A DNA stretch of 41,281 bases from an uncultured Sphaerochaeta sp. (GTDB lineage Bacteria; Spirochaetota; Spirochaetia; Sphaerochaetales; Sphaerochaetaceae), in contig CAYXYD010000002.1 of assembly GCA_964469205.1 (NCBI GenBank), forward strand, positions 1-41,281, written 5' to 3'. This document shows, piece after piece, positions 26,027-34,570 of the stretch. The position numbers were made by a program, and so were the translations under genes. The number at the start of each line of letters is the position of its first letter. Position 1 is the first letter of the stretch. Under the pieces are notes generated by a model. It was not told the DNA's origin. It was given only the letters and a program-made list of their open reading frames with translations, and ran no database searches.

Positions 26027-27382
26027 GTGGTCTATCCCTACATTCCCCATACTGATGAAGACCGGCGTAGAATGCTGGAAGCCATCGGGGTGGGTTCGAT
26101 TGAAGAGTTGTATTCGTCACTGACAGAGGATCTCCTGCTCAGTGATTCGGTTCCCATAAGCCATGGGCGTACCGAAGATGAGGTTCTGAGGATGATCACC
26201 GCCATAGCGCAAAGAAATAGCGACGGCATCCCTTTCCTTGGGTGTGGTTGCTATGACCACTTGGTTCCCTCCACCGTACAGACATTGGCTAGCCTGCCTT
26301 CCTTTGTCACTGCCTATACTCCCTATCAGGCTGAGATGAGCCAAGGGTTGCTGCAGGTAATCTACGAGTTCCAAAGCATGATCTGTGAGATCACCGGCAT
26401 GGATGTGTCCAATGCCTCCCTCTATGATGGGGCTAACTCGGCAGCAGAAGCTGCAACCATCATGATAGGTTCCAAGCGAAAGTCAAAGACCGTGCTTGTT
26501 TCATCTACCATCCATCCCTTTGCCCTGCAGGTGCTCCATACCTGGGCCCTCGGCACAGGCCATGAGATCCGTATCATAGCTGAAAAGCAGGGTGTCACTG
26601 ACCTGAAGGATTTGGAATCGACTCTTAGCGATGAGGTCGCTGGCCTGATCGTGCAGACCCCCAACCGCTACGGCCTGTTGGAGGACTATAGTGGAGTTGC
26701 TGAAACTCTGCATGAGAAGGGGTGTCTGTTTGCGATAAGCAGTGACATCCTCTCCCTTGCCATGCAAAAAAGCCCCTCCGAGTGGGGAGCTGACATTGCC
26801 ATTGGCGATACACAGGCCCTTGGCCTGCCCCTCGCCTTTGGTGGTCCCTCCTGCGGCTACATGGCTGTTAGGAAGGCACTGATGCGTAAGATCCCCGGAC
26901 GCATTGTCGGCTCTACTGTGGACAACCAGGGCCGTCGTGGCTATACGTTGACCCTGCAGGCTCGTGAACAACATATCAAGCGCGATAAGGCCAGCAGTAA
27001 CGTCTGCTCCAACCAAGCTCTTGCCGCCCTGATGACCACCATTCACCTATCCTCCCTTGGATGGTCTGGGATGGTGGAGGCTGCGAAGCAAAGCTATGTG
27101 AAGGCCCACTATCTTGCCTATCACCTTGCCCAGCTTCCCGGGATGACCCTAGTTTGGGATGTTCCGTTCTGGTGTGAGTTTCCCTTGAGGTTTTCTGATG
27201 CCAAGAAGATGCGTAAATTCCTGCAGGAGCTTCGTAATGAAGGTATCTTTGCTGGTGTAAGGCTGTCGAGTCTGACTCGAGAGCCTAAGGATGAATTGGT
27301 CCTGTTGGTCGTAGTGACAGAGAAGCGAAGCCGCGAGGAGCTTGAACTCTATCTCGCAGCTTCCAGGAGGGTGATGAAATGA
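26027..27382 (+). CDS. gcvPA: Glycine dehydrogenase (decarboxylating) subunit 1
   Basis: YIPHT, TAYTPYQAEMSQG, NASLYDG, FGGP, LQAREQHIKRDKASSNVCSNQAL; GTG after GAGGAGG. Confidence 0.96.
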   Translation: MVYPYIPHTDEDRRRMLEAIGVGSIEELYSSLTEDLLLSDSVPISHGRTEDEVLRMITAIAQRNSDGIPFLGCGCYDHLVPSTVQTLASLPSFVTAYTPYQAEMSQGLLQVIYEFQSMICEITGMDVSNASLYDGANSAAEAATIMIGSKRKSKTVLVSSTIHPFALQVLHTWALGTGHEIRIIAEKQGVTDLKDLESTLSDEVAGLIVQTPNRYGLLEDYSGVAETLHEKGCLFAISSDILSLAMQKSPSEWGADIAIGDTQALGLPLAFGGPSCGYMAVRKALMRKIPGRIVGSTVDNQGRRGYTLTLQAREQHIKRDKASSNVCSNQALAALMTTIHLSSLGWSGMVEAAKQSYVKAHYLAYHLAQLPGMTLVWDVPFWCEFPLRFSDAKKMRKFLQELRNEGIFAGVRLSSLTREPKDELVLLVVVTEKRSREELELYLAASRRVMK

Positions 27383-28830
27383 GTGAACCGCTGTTGATCG
27401 ACAAGTCTAAGAAAGGGCGTAAAGCCTACTGTTATCCAGCCTTGGATCTTCCCAGAGGGTTTGAACAGGCATTGCCCGAACTTCCTACCCAACTGTTGCG
27501 TGTAAAGCCAGCAAGGCTTCCTGAAGTTGCAGAGTTGGATGTGGTGCGTCATTTCACCAAGCTTTCAACCCAATCCTTTGGTGTGGACAACGGTCCCTAC
27601 CCATTGGGATCCTGTACCATGAAGTACAACCCGAAACTAGGCGAACAGATAGCCCAGTTTCCCGCCTTTACGACCATCCACCCCTTGCAGGACCTCTCTA
27701 CCGCCCAAGGGTGTCTCTCTATCATGTACAACCTGCTTGAGGACCTCTCTTCCATCACCGGGATGAGCTGGGGAAGTCTTCAGCCCTGTGCCGGTGCTCA
27801 TGGCGAGTATGTGGGCCTGAAGATGATCCGTGCCTACTTCCTAAAACGGGGGGAGACCGGGCGCAACAAGGTGCTCGTTCCCATCTCTGCCCACGGGACC
27901 AACCCTGCAAGTGCTGTTATGAACGGCTTTGAGGTGGTGACGGTCGCCAGCAACAAAGAGGGGCTTGTCGACATTGAAGACCTCAAGAGCAAGCTTGATG
28001 ACGGTGTGGCCGCTCTTATGCTTACCAACCCCAATACCTTGGGCTTGTTTGAGAAGGACATCCTGGAAATTTCCTCTTTTGTGCATGAGTGTGGAGGCTT
28101 GCTCTACTATGATGGGGCTAACCTGAATGCCATCATGGGAATGGCAACCCCTGGCGATATGGGCTTTGATGTGTTGCACCTCAACCTCCACAAGACTTTC
28201 TCCACCCCCCATGGGGGAGGAGGCCCTGGCAGTGGCCCTGTGATGGTCAATGACACACTCAGGCCGTTCTTGCCCAAGCCGGACATTGAACTGACAGACG
28301 GCGGTTATGCCTACTCATGGGACAGAGCTGACTCGATAGGGAAGGTCAGCATGTTCTGGGGGAACTTCCTGGTCTTGCTTCGTGCGTATGTCTATATCCT
28401 ACGCATGGGAAGCGAGGGCATCAGGGCCGCTGCAGGACATGCGGTATTGAATGCAAACTACCTCAAGAAGAAGCTGGAGAAGCATTTTGACATCCCCTAT
28501 GGCGGTACGTGTATGCACGAGTTCGTCATCAGCTGTGAAAAGCTGAAGAAGGAGTATGGCATCACAGCCCAGGACATATCCAAAGGCCTTATCGATGAAG
28601 GGTATCACCCTCCTACGATGTATTTTCCAACGATAGTTGCCGAAGCTCTGATGTTTGAGCCTACTGAAAGCGAAAGTGTTGAGACCCTCGATGCCTTTGC
28701 AGAATCACTCATCGGATTGTTGGAGCGTGCAAAGAAGGATCCTGCCTACCTCAAGGGAGCGCCTTATTCCACCCCTGTCGGCCGCCTTGATGAGGTACGG
28801 GCCATAAAGGAACCTGACCTGCACTACTAG
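27379..28830 (+). CDS. gcvPB: Glycine dehydrogenase (decarboxylating) subunit 2
   Basis: YPLGSCTMKYNP, SAHGTNPASA, YYDGANLNA, PLP-lysine NLHKTFSTPHGGGGPG, EPTESES. Confidence 0.97.
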   Translation: MSEPLLIDKSKKGRKAYCYPALDLPRGFEQALPELPTQLLRVKPARLPEVAELDVVRHFTKLSTQSFGVDNGPYPLGSCTMKYNPKLGEQIAQFPAFTTIHPLQDLSTAQGCLSIMYNLLEDLSSITGMSWGSLQPCAGAHGEYVGLKMIRAYFLKRGETGRNKVLVPISAHGTNPASAVMNGFEVVTVASNKEGLVDIEDLKSKLDDGVAALMLTNPNTLGLFEKDILEISSFVHECGGLLYYDGANLNAIMGMATPGDMGFDVLHLNLHKTFSTPHGGGGPGSGPVMVNDTLRPFLPKPDIELTDGGYAYSWDRADSIGKVSMFWGNFLVLLRAYVYILRMGSEGIRAAAGHAVLNANYLKKKLEKHFDIPYGGTCMHEFVISCEKLKKEYGITAQDISKGLIDEGYHPPTMYFPTIVAEALMFEPTESESVETLDAFAESLIGLLERAKKDPAYLKGAPYSTPVGRLDEVRAIKEPDLHY

Positions 28831-28848
28831 AGAGGTGCATATTTTACT

Positions 28849-28877
28849 TTGCATAGCGTGGAAAACTGGAGTATCTT
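28849..28877 (+). promoter_or_regulatory. Candidate promoter of the dihydropyrimidinase gene
   Basis: TTGCAT-17-TATCTT, 6 nt before the ATG. Confidence 0.5.
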
Positions 28878-28883
28878 ATAGGT

Positions 28884-30284
28884 ATGAACAGAATACTTAT
28901 ACAAAATGGACTTTTGGTAGATACCGAGTGGACCAGGCATGCAGATATCTTGGTTGAAGACTCCAAGATTGCGCATATCGCCAATAAGATAGATGAGAAG
29001 GATGTTCCTGAAGGAACGGAGATTGTACATGCCGAGGGCATGTGCATTCTCCCCGGTCTCATCGACGCCCATACTCATTATCATCTGGTAAGCCGCGGAA
29101 CCGTAACCGCTGACTCCTTCGTCCAAGGTAGCAAGTGCGCTGCCTTTGGCGGGGTCACCTGCGTGGTGGATTTTGCTGATGATGACAAGAAGGGAAACCT
29201 CGTGGCTTGTAGCAAGGAGCGCATTGCCGCCATGTCGAAAGGGATGACTGTGGACTTCTCCCTCCACCAGGGTGTCTATTCCTACCGTGAGGGTATTGGT
29301 TTTGAGTTGGAGAACCTCAAGAAGAGTGGGGTGAGGGTCATCAAGATCTTCACCACCTATCGCAACGTTGGCTATCTCATTGAGAAGCGCGAAGAGCTCA
29401 AATCTATTTTTGCCGAGTGCAAGCGCCTGGATATCATGGTAAGCGTACACTGCGAGGACGATGCTATGATCGAGAAGATCAACAAGGGCTACAAGGGGCC
29501 TTATACCCCCTCTGCCCATGCAGATCTTCGTCCTAGTGAGGTAGAGGCTGAGGGCATCCGCTTTGTCGGGGAGATCGCCGGCGAGTTGGAGATGCCCCTG
29601 TATGTGGTACATCTTTCCAGTAAGGCCGGTCTTGATCAGGTCAGGGAGCTCAGGGTGAAGGGTGTGCGTGTCATTGTGGAGACCACCCCACACTACCTCT
29701 TTCTTGACCGTTCCAAGTTGGAAGGGCCTAAGGGTAGTCTCTATGTGATGACTCCGCCTTTACGCACCAAAGAGGATAATGAGGCGTTGCAGGAAGCCCT
29801 GCTCAATGGTGAGATACAAGTGGTCGCCACCGACCACTGCTCGTTCACCAAGGAGCAGAAACTTGCAAGCAACGACTGCCGTACCATATTCCCCGGTATC
29901 CCCGGAACTGAAGAGATGCTGCCACTCTTGAATACCTTTGCAACGAACAGTGGAAGGATCGGGTTGCAACAGGTGGTGAACCTGCTAAGTACAGGTCCTG
30001 CCAAGGCCTTTGGCCTTTATCCTAAAAAAGGTGCAATCCGTGTTGGTTCCGATGCTGATCTGGTGATCTTCGATCCTGACGAGGCCTGGACCCTTTCCTC
30101 TGAGACCACCCACTCAGCGAGTGGCTACACCCCTTACGAAGGTTTTTCCGTGTTGGGCAAGCCCATCATGACCTACCTCAGGGGCAGGCTCATCATGGGA
30201 GACGGTATCTATCTGGGTATTGAGGGTAATGGGGAGTTTGTTCCCCAGGGTGACCCTGGCCGGGCAAAGACGGTGATGCATTGA
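28884..30284 (+). CDS. hydA: Dihydropyrimidinase / D-hydantoinase (cyclic amidohydrolase)
   Basis: PGLIDAHTH, AAFGGVT, KIFTTY (carbamylated Lys position), HCED, VHLS, PPLR, ATDHCSF, GSDADLVIFDP. Confidence 0.85.
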   Translation: MNRILIQNGLLVDTEWTRHADILVEDSKIAHIANKIDEKDVPEGTEIVHAEGMCILPGLIDAHTHYHLVSRGTVTADSFVQGSKCAAFGGVTCVVDFADDDKKGNLVACSKERIAAMSKGMTVDFSLHQGVYSYREGIGFELENLKKSGVRVIKIFTTYRNVGYLIEKREELKSIFAECKRLDIMVSVHCEDDAMIEKINKGYKGPYTPSAHADLRPSEVEAEGIRFVGEIAGELEMPLYVVHLSSKAGLDQVRELRVKGVRVIVETTPHYLFLDRSKLEGPKGSLYVMTPPLRTKEDNEALQEALLNGEIQVVATDHCSFTKEQKLASNDCRTIFPGIPGTEEMLPLLNTFATNSGRIGLQQVVNLLSTGPAKAFGLYPKKGAIRVGSDADLVIFDPDEAWTLSSETTHSASGYTPYEGFSVLGKPIMTYLRGRLIMGDGIYLGIEGNGEFVPQGDPGRAKTVMH

Positions 30285-30322
30285 GTGAGATGCATCGTGT
30301 GATTTTAGATTGAGAAAGACTG

Positions 30323-30354
30323 ACAAAGCGGCAACAAGAGTGTTGCCGTTTTGT
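30323..30354 (+). terminator. Intrinsic terminator after hydA
   Basis: ACAAAGCGGCAACA-AGAG-TGTTGCCGTTTTGT. Confidence 0.75.
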
Positions 30355-30436
30355 GTCTTGATCTCCCTTGGGTTGTTCTTTCTTTATAGCATATCATGAC
30401 ACATTGCTTGGAATGTCCGCTTGACGCCTGTTTTTC

Positions 30437-30465
30437 TTGTCAGAGAGTGGTTTTTTCTATACAGT
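30437..30465 (+). promoter_or_regulatory. Promoter of the HAD-cdd operon
   Basis: TTGTCA-17-TACAGT, then AAGGAG SD. Confidence 0.55.
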
Positions 30466-30484
30466 GAAACGATAAGGAGTTTAC

Positions 30485-31660
30485 ATGATTAAGGGAATTC
30501 TCTTTGATATGGACGGGGTGCTCATTGATTCCGAACCCCTCATTCTCCATGCAGCAATCTCATATTTCGCTTCTTTGGGCGTCTCTGTTAAAAAAGAGGA
30601 CTTTACCCCTTTCATAGGAGCTGGAGATCGGAAGTTTCTCTGCGGAGTAGCTGAAAAATACGGTATTACCCTAGACTTTGAAGAGGCAAAGAAGCAATTT
30701 TTTTTCCTTTATGAAGATTATGCCATGGAAGTGGGCCCCCTTGATGGCGTCCACCGTTTTATAACCAATGCCAAGAAGGCCGGGCTTAAGATTGCCGTGG
30801 CCACCAGCGGTGCCCCTGCCAAGGTAGCGATAAACTTGAAAAGCATCGGACTTTCCGAATCAGATTTTGACCTTGTGGTGACTGGTTCCATGATCAAACG
30901 TAACAAGCCTGCACCCGACATCTACCAGCTGGCTTCCCTTGCCATGGGCCTTCCTACAGAAGAGTGCCTGGTGATGGAGGATGCCATCAATGGGATCCAC
31001 GCCGGCATCCAGGCAGGCTGTCAGGTCTGTGCCCTTACCACGACATTTGTGGTTACCGCTCTTTTTGAGGCAGGAGCCGACCTTGTTGTCACATCTTTGG
31101 ATAGCTTTGAGGATTTCTCGTCTGTTGAAATGTTCAACGAACAGGTTGCAAGCCTGATAAGTGCTGATGACGGCAAGGTACTCTATGGAGTGGGTAGGAT
31201 TCTACCTGCCTCAGGCGTCATGCAGACAAAAGAGCAACTGTTGGCCCTAGCGATCAAGGAAGCATATGCCAAGCGCAAGAATGCCTATGCCCCATACTCC
31301 AACTACAAAGTAGGGGCTGCCTTGCTCAGTGCAGCCACCAGTAGGGTCTACAGTGGCTGCAATGTGGAGAACTCCAGCTATGGGGCTTCCATCTGTGCAG
31401 AGCGCAACGCTGTGCTCAATGCGATTGCCAATGAAGGGAGCCTGGGTGTAGAACTGTTGGTTGTGGTGAGTGAAGACTCCCCACCAGCACCTCCCTGCGC
31501 CCTCTGCCTACAAGTCCTTGCAGAGTTTAGCAGGCCTGACACTGAGGTCCATCTGCTCGATACCGCTGCTGCCCTAGAGCAAGGACAGGGAACTCATCTT
31601 GTCTACACCTTTGAGGAGCTGCTTCCCCATCCCTTTATTTTTCCTTCGATGAGGTCCTAA
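30485..31660 (+). CDS. cdd: Fusion of a HAD-superfamily phosphatase and a homotetrameric-type cytidine deaminase
   Basis: N-terminal DMDGVLIDSE, ATSG, KPAPDIY, MEDAING; C-terminal AYAPYSNYKVGAAL, GCNVENSSYG, CAER, PCALC. Confidence 0.88.
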   Translation: MIKGILFDMDGVLIDSEPLILHAAISYFASLGVSVKKEDFTPFIGAGDRKFLCGVAEKYGITLDFEEAKKQFFFLYEDYAMEVGPLDGVHRFITNAKKAGLKIAVATSGAPAKVAINLKSIGLSESDFDLVVTGSMIKRNKPAPDIYQLASLAMGLPTEECLVMEDAINGIHAGIQAGCQVCALTTTFVVTALFEAGADLVVTSLDSFEDFSSVEMFNEQVASLISADDGKVLYGVGRILPASGVMQTKEQLLALAIKEAYAKRKNAYAPYSNYKVGAALLSAATSRVYSGCNVENSSYGASICAERNAVLNAIANEGSLGVELLVVVSEDSPPAPPCALCLQVLAEFSRPDTEVHLLDTAAALEQGQGTHLVYTFEELLPHPFIFPSMRS

Positions 31661-32934
31661 TGAAAAGAGTGCTCGTGTTTTGCGGTCTGTTTCTTCTTCT
31701 TTTTCTGCTATTTGGATGTACCTCTACAACCAGTTTGGTCAAAGGGCCCTCTGTGGACACCTCTTTGAGTTTTGAGCAGAAGATGGAGAGTTACGATATC
31801 CCCAAGATAGAGATGACCTATCCCACTATCTACTTTGATGGGGAACTTTGGCGCGAACGGATGATAGAACTTGTCCGATCTGCTGAGGATTACATCATCA
31901 TCTCCTCGTTTCTTGCTTCCAGTTCAGATTGCCTTGATGAGTTATATTCCCTCATTGCCCAGAAGGCTGAAGAGGGGATCCGCATCTACTTCATTGTCGA
32001 TGGCACAGGAGCCTTCGACATGACTGAGACCCGCTTTCATCTTATCCCCCTGAAGTTCCTTCGTGACAGTGGGGTACACCTCCTGGAGTACAATCCCATG
32101 TCAGCGGCAAGGCTTGTTGCAGGTCCGAAAATCCTGTTGCGTGACCACCGCAAGTATCTCATTGTCGATGGTAAGCATCTGGCCATTGGGGGGATGAATC
32201 TCAACTATATATCCATAGGGGCCGCAGGAAATGACCTGCAGCGCGATTCGATGTATGAGTTCGCTTCACCTGAGCTGTGTTCGGTTATGCTGGATGAATT
32301 TGTCCCTTGGTGGAATAGCCAGACATGGGATGATGTACTTCGGGAAGATTTCCCCGTCGATCATGCCTTTGGAAAGGATGAAGAGCAGTTTACTGCATGG
32401 TTTGCCAACCAATTCCCTTTTTCTGAGAAGCTTGCCGGCATGTTTGGTTCCTTGCTTGCAGAGGCCGAAGTGAGTGTGAAGGCCCTACCTTTCCTGCCGT
32501 TTTTTGACCAGTACCTGCTCTCTGTGTTCCGTCAGACAGCACAGCGAGGGGTTGATGTAGAGATGGTCATCCCCTTTGATTCACGGGTTTCCAACCGTAA
32601 GGGCATTGAATTTATTGCAAAGGACCTCTTGTCGATGCATATCAACCTTCGCATGGAAAAAGAGAGTGAGAAAACACAACGCCTGTTGCATGAGAAGCTC
32701 ATGATAGTAGACAGCAGGTATGTGGTTTTTGGCTCCTCCAACCTGAATTACCGCTCCTTCACCCTTGCTTATGAAATGTCTCTGGTACTAGACAGCCCTG
32801 CTTTGGCCAAAGAGCTGGAGGCTCACTTTGCAACCATTTTTGAAGACTCCGCGCCAATAACAAAAGAACAGACAGATCTTTGGCGTCGCCTCGACAACTG
32901 GCCTCGGTATGCCTTTGGGATTATAGGAGGATAG
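31660..32934 (+). CDS. Phospholipase D-superfamily lipoprotein (two HKD motifs, cardiolipin-synthase-like)
   Basis: Lipobox LLFGC; HRKYLIVD...GGMNL and HEKLMIVD...GSSNLNYRS. Confidence 0.88.
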   Translation: MKRVLVFCGLFLLLFLLFGCTSTTSLVKGPSVDTSLSFEQKMESYDIPKIEMTYPTIYFDGELWRERMIELVRSAEDYIIISSFLASSSDCLDELYSLIAQKAEEGIRIYFIVDGTGAFDMTETRFHLIPLKFLRDSGVHLLEYNPMSAARLVAGPKILLRDHRKYLIVDGKHLAIGGMNLNYISIGAAGNDLQRDSMYEFASPELCSVMLDEFVPWWNSQTWDDVLREDFPVDHAFGKDEEQFTAWFANQFPFSEKLAGMFGSLLAEAEVSVKALPFLPFFDQYLLSVFRQTAQRGVDVEMVIPFDSRVSNRKGIEFIAKDLLSMHINLRMEKESEKTQRLLHEKLMIVDSRYVVFGSSNLNYRSFTLAYEMSLVLDSPALAKELEAHFATIFEDSAPITKEQTDLWRRLDNWPRYAFGIIGG

Positions 32935-32935
32935 G

Positions 32936-33460
32936 ATGAAACGCTTTCTCATAGTAGTACTGCTCTTGCTCTTCTTAGCCTTTCCCCTAGTTGCCAAAAG
33001 CTTTGGCTATGGCATTGGCATGTATGGCCAGAGGGTAATAGCTACTGAGCAGGATTCCTCAAGTGGTGTTGAGCTTTCGTTTGTCTATCAGCCGTGGCTC
33101 TTGCCTGTAGGAAACCCCTCAGTGCACATTAAAGGTGCTATGGGTTCTGACATGCAGGGCTCGTTTACCTTCCCGTATGTGGAATTGGGCGTTTCGGTGG
33201 ATCTCTTTAGGATAATCAAACACCCGTTCAATTTCTTTGCAAACAATATAGTGGCGTATGATCCTGCCTTTTCGCTAGCCTATCATTTTGATAGGGATAG
33301 TACATCCCACCTGATGAGTGTGGGTTTCAGTCCGTTCAAGCTCAGCCAAAAGGATTTTTGGTATGAGTTCTTTGCCTTCTATGTCGCCATAGACGTAGGG
33401 ACAGGCGCGGTGGACAACTGGGGTATAAACCTAGTTCGTTACACCTATTTCTTTAAGTAG
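32936..33460 (+). CDS. Exported beta-strand-rich hypothetical protein
   Basis: Signal peptide; alternating hydrophobic/aromatic pattern; C-terminus WGINLVRYTYFFK; 1-nt gap from the PLD gene. Confidence 0.75.
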   Translation: MKRFLIVVLLLLFLAFPLVAKSFGYGIGMYGQRVIATEQDSSSGVELSFVYQPWLLPVGNPSVHIKGAMGSDMQGSFTFPYVELGVSVDLFRIIKHPFNFFANNIVAYDPAFSLAYHFDRDSTSHLMSVGFSPFKLSQKDFWYEFFAFYVAIDVGTGAVDNWGINLVRYTYFFK

Positions 33461-33466
33461 GTCGGT

Positions 33467-34015
33467 ATGAGAAAACTGTATATAAGTCTGATTGCCCTGA
33501 TACTCCTTCATGCTTCCCTGTTTGCAGGTACCTTTGACCTTGGCATAACACTGGGGACAACTACTCACTGGGGTGAGAGTACATATGATTCGAGCAAGCT
33601 GAAACTTGCTTGGGGTGTGACGATGGGTATCAATGATGATTGGGAGTTGAATCTGCAGGCGAACAGCGCCTTGGTACCCCAATTCTTTGGTGATACCACT
33701 GTCGCTATACTTCTGCAGAAAGCCCTGCTTGGCCAGAGGTCCACTGGCACCAGAGTAGCAGGGCTTGGGGTAAACACCCTGCTTGGAGCTGGTCTATTAT
33801 TGTCAGATTACTACTCTCCGGGAAATTTCCTGCTGCCTACCCATATTCTCTTCAGCCTGACGCCCCTTACAGTGGGGAACCCCATCTCAACAAAACGTGA
33901 GCGTGCTTTTACCGTGACTCTTGCATACAACTTACGGACAACACAGGTAAGTGTGATGTTCGATCTGGTAAAATATGACTTCTATCTGGTGGGTACGTAC
34001 CGGGACTATCTCTAG
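33467..34015 (+). CDS. Exported beta-strand-rich hypothetical protein, probable paralog of the upstream gene
   Basis: Signal peptide ending ASLFA; shares H[LI]...[ST]P[FL] and [ND]LV[RK]Y motifs with 32936-33460. Confidence 0.75.
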   Translation: MRKLYISLIALILLHASLFAGTFDLGITLGTTTHWGESTYDSSKLKLAWGVTMGINDDWELNLQANSALVPQFFGDTTVAILLQKALLGQRSTGTRVAGLGVNTLLGAGLLLSDYYSPGNFLLPTHILFSLTPLTVGNPISTKRERAFTVTLAYNLRTTQVSVMFDLVKYDFYLVGTYRDYL

Positions 34016-34458
34016 TTGCGATTCTCCAAAGCCATGATCTTATCAACACGCCTCTGATGACGGTCCCCTTCAAAGGTGGCATCGGTAAAGGCATCGAGGA
34101 TGGCACAAGGATCTTCGCAATATTCGATCCTTCCCCCAAAAGCGATGAAGTTTACATCATTATGCTTTCTTGCCATGCTGGAGGCAAAGATGTTCTGGGG
34201 TAGGGCACAACGAATCCCTTCAATCTTGTTTGCACTGATGGATATGCCTATACCGGTTCCGCACAAGAGCACGCCAAAGGCATAGGATCCCTTCTTATAC
34301 TCCTTACATGCCAGTTCAGCCATATCAGGATAGTCGACCGAGTCGCTGGATGTGACACCGAGATGGTTTACAGTATAGCCTTTCTCTGTGAGGTGTTTTA
34401 CAAATGTTAGAGCCAATTCCACCGCTCCGTGGTCATTGGCAAGTACTACGTTAGCCAT
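34012..34458 (-). CDS. rpiB: Ribose-5-phosphate isomerase B (RpiB/LacA/LacB family)
   Basis: ANDHGA, SVDYPD, CGTGIGISISANK..GIRCA, ARKHND.N, F.GDRH.RRV.KI. Confidence 0.93.
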   Translation of the reverse strand: MANVVLANDHGAVELALTFVKHLTEKGYTVNHLGVTSSDSVDYPDMAELACKEYKKGSYAFGVLLCGTGIGISISANKIEGIRCALPQNIFASSMARKHNDVNFIAFGGRIEYCEDPCAILDAFTDATFEGDRHQRRVDKIMALENRN

Positions 34459-34518
34459 AGGTTCCTCCTTTGGTGAGGATACTGTATTTGTCTTTTTCTG
34501 GCTACTGCAAAAGGTGAG

Positions 34519-34547
34519 TTGCTTCAGGGTGATAACTGCAGTAGAAT
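34519..34547 (+). promoter_or_regulatory. Candidate promoter of the PPase gene
   Basis: TTGCTT-17-TAGAAT. Confidence 0.5.
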
Positions 34548-34570
34548 GGCTTAGACAAAGGAACTAAACC

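Noticed and set aside
28827-29693. 288-aa antisense ORF over hydA, and similar long shadows at 7694-8464, 9158-9949, 18739-19473, 24216-24983 and 39413-40036
   Set aside because: Each lies opposite a well-supported gene, has no recognisable motif, and is expected from codon bias
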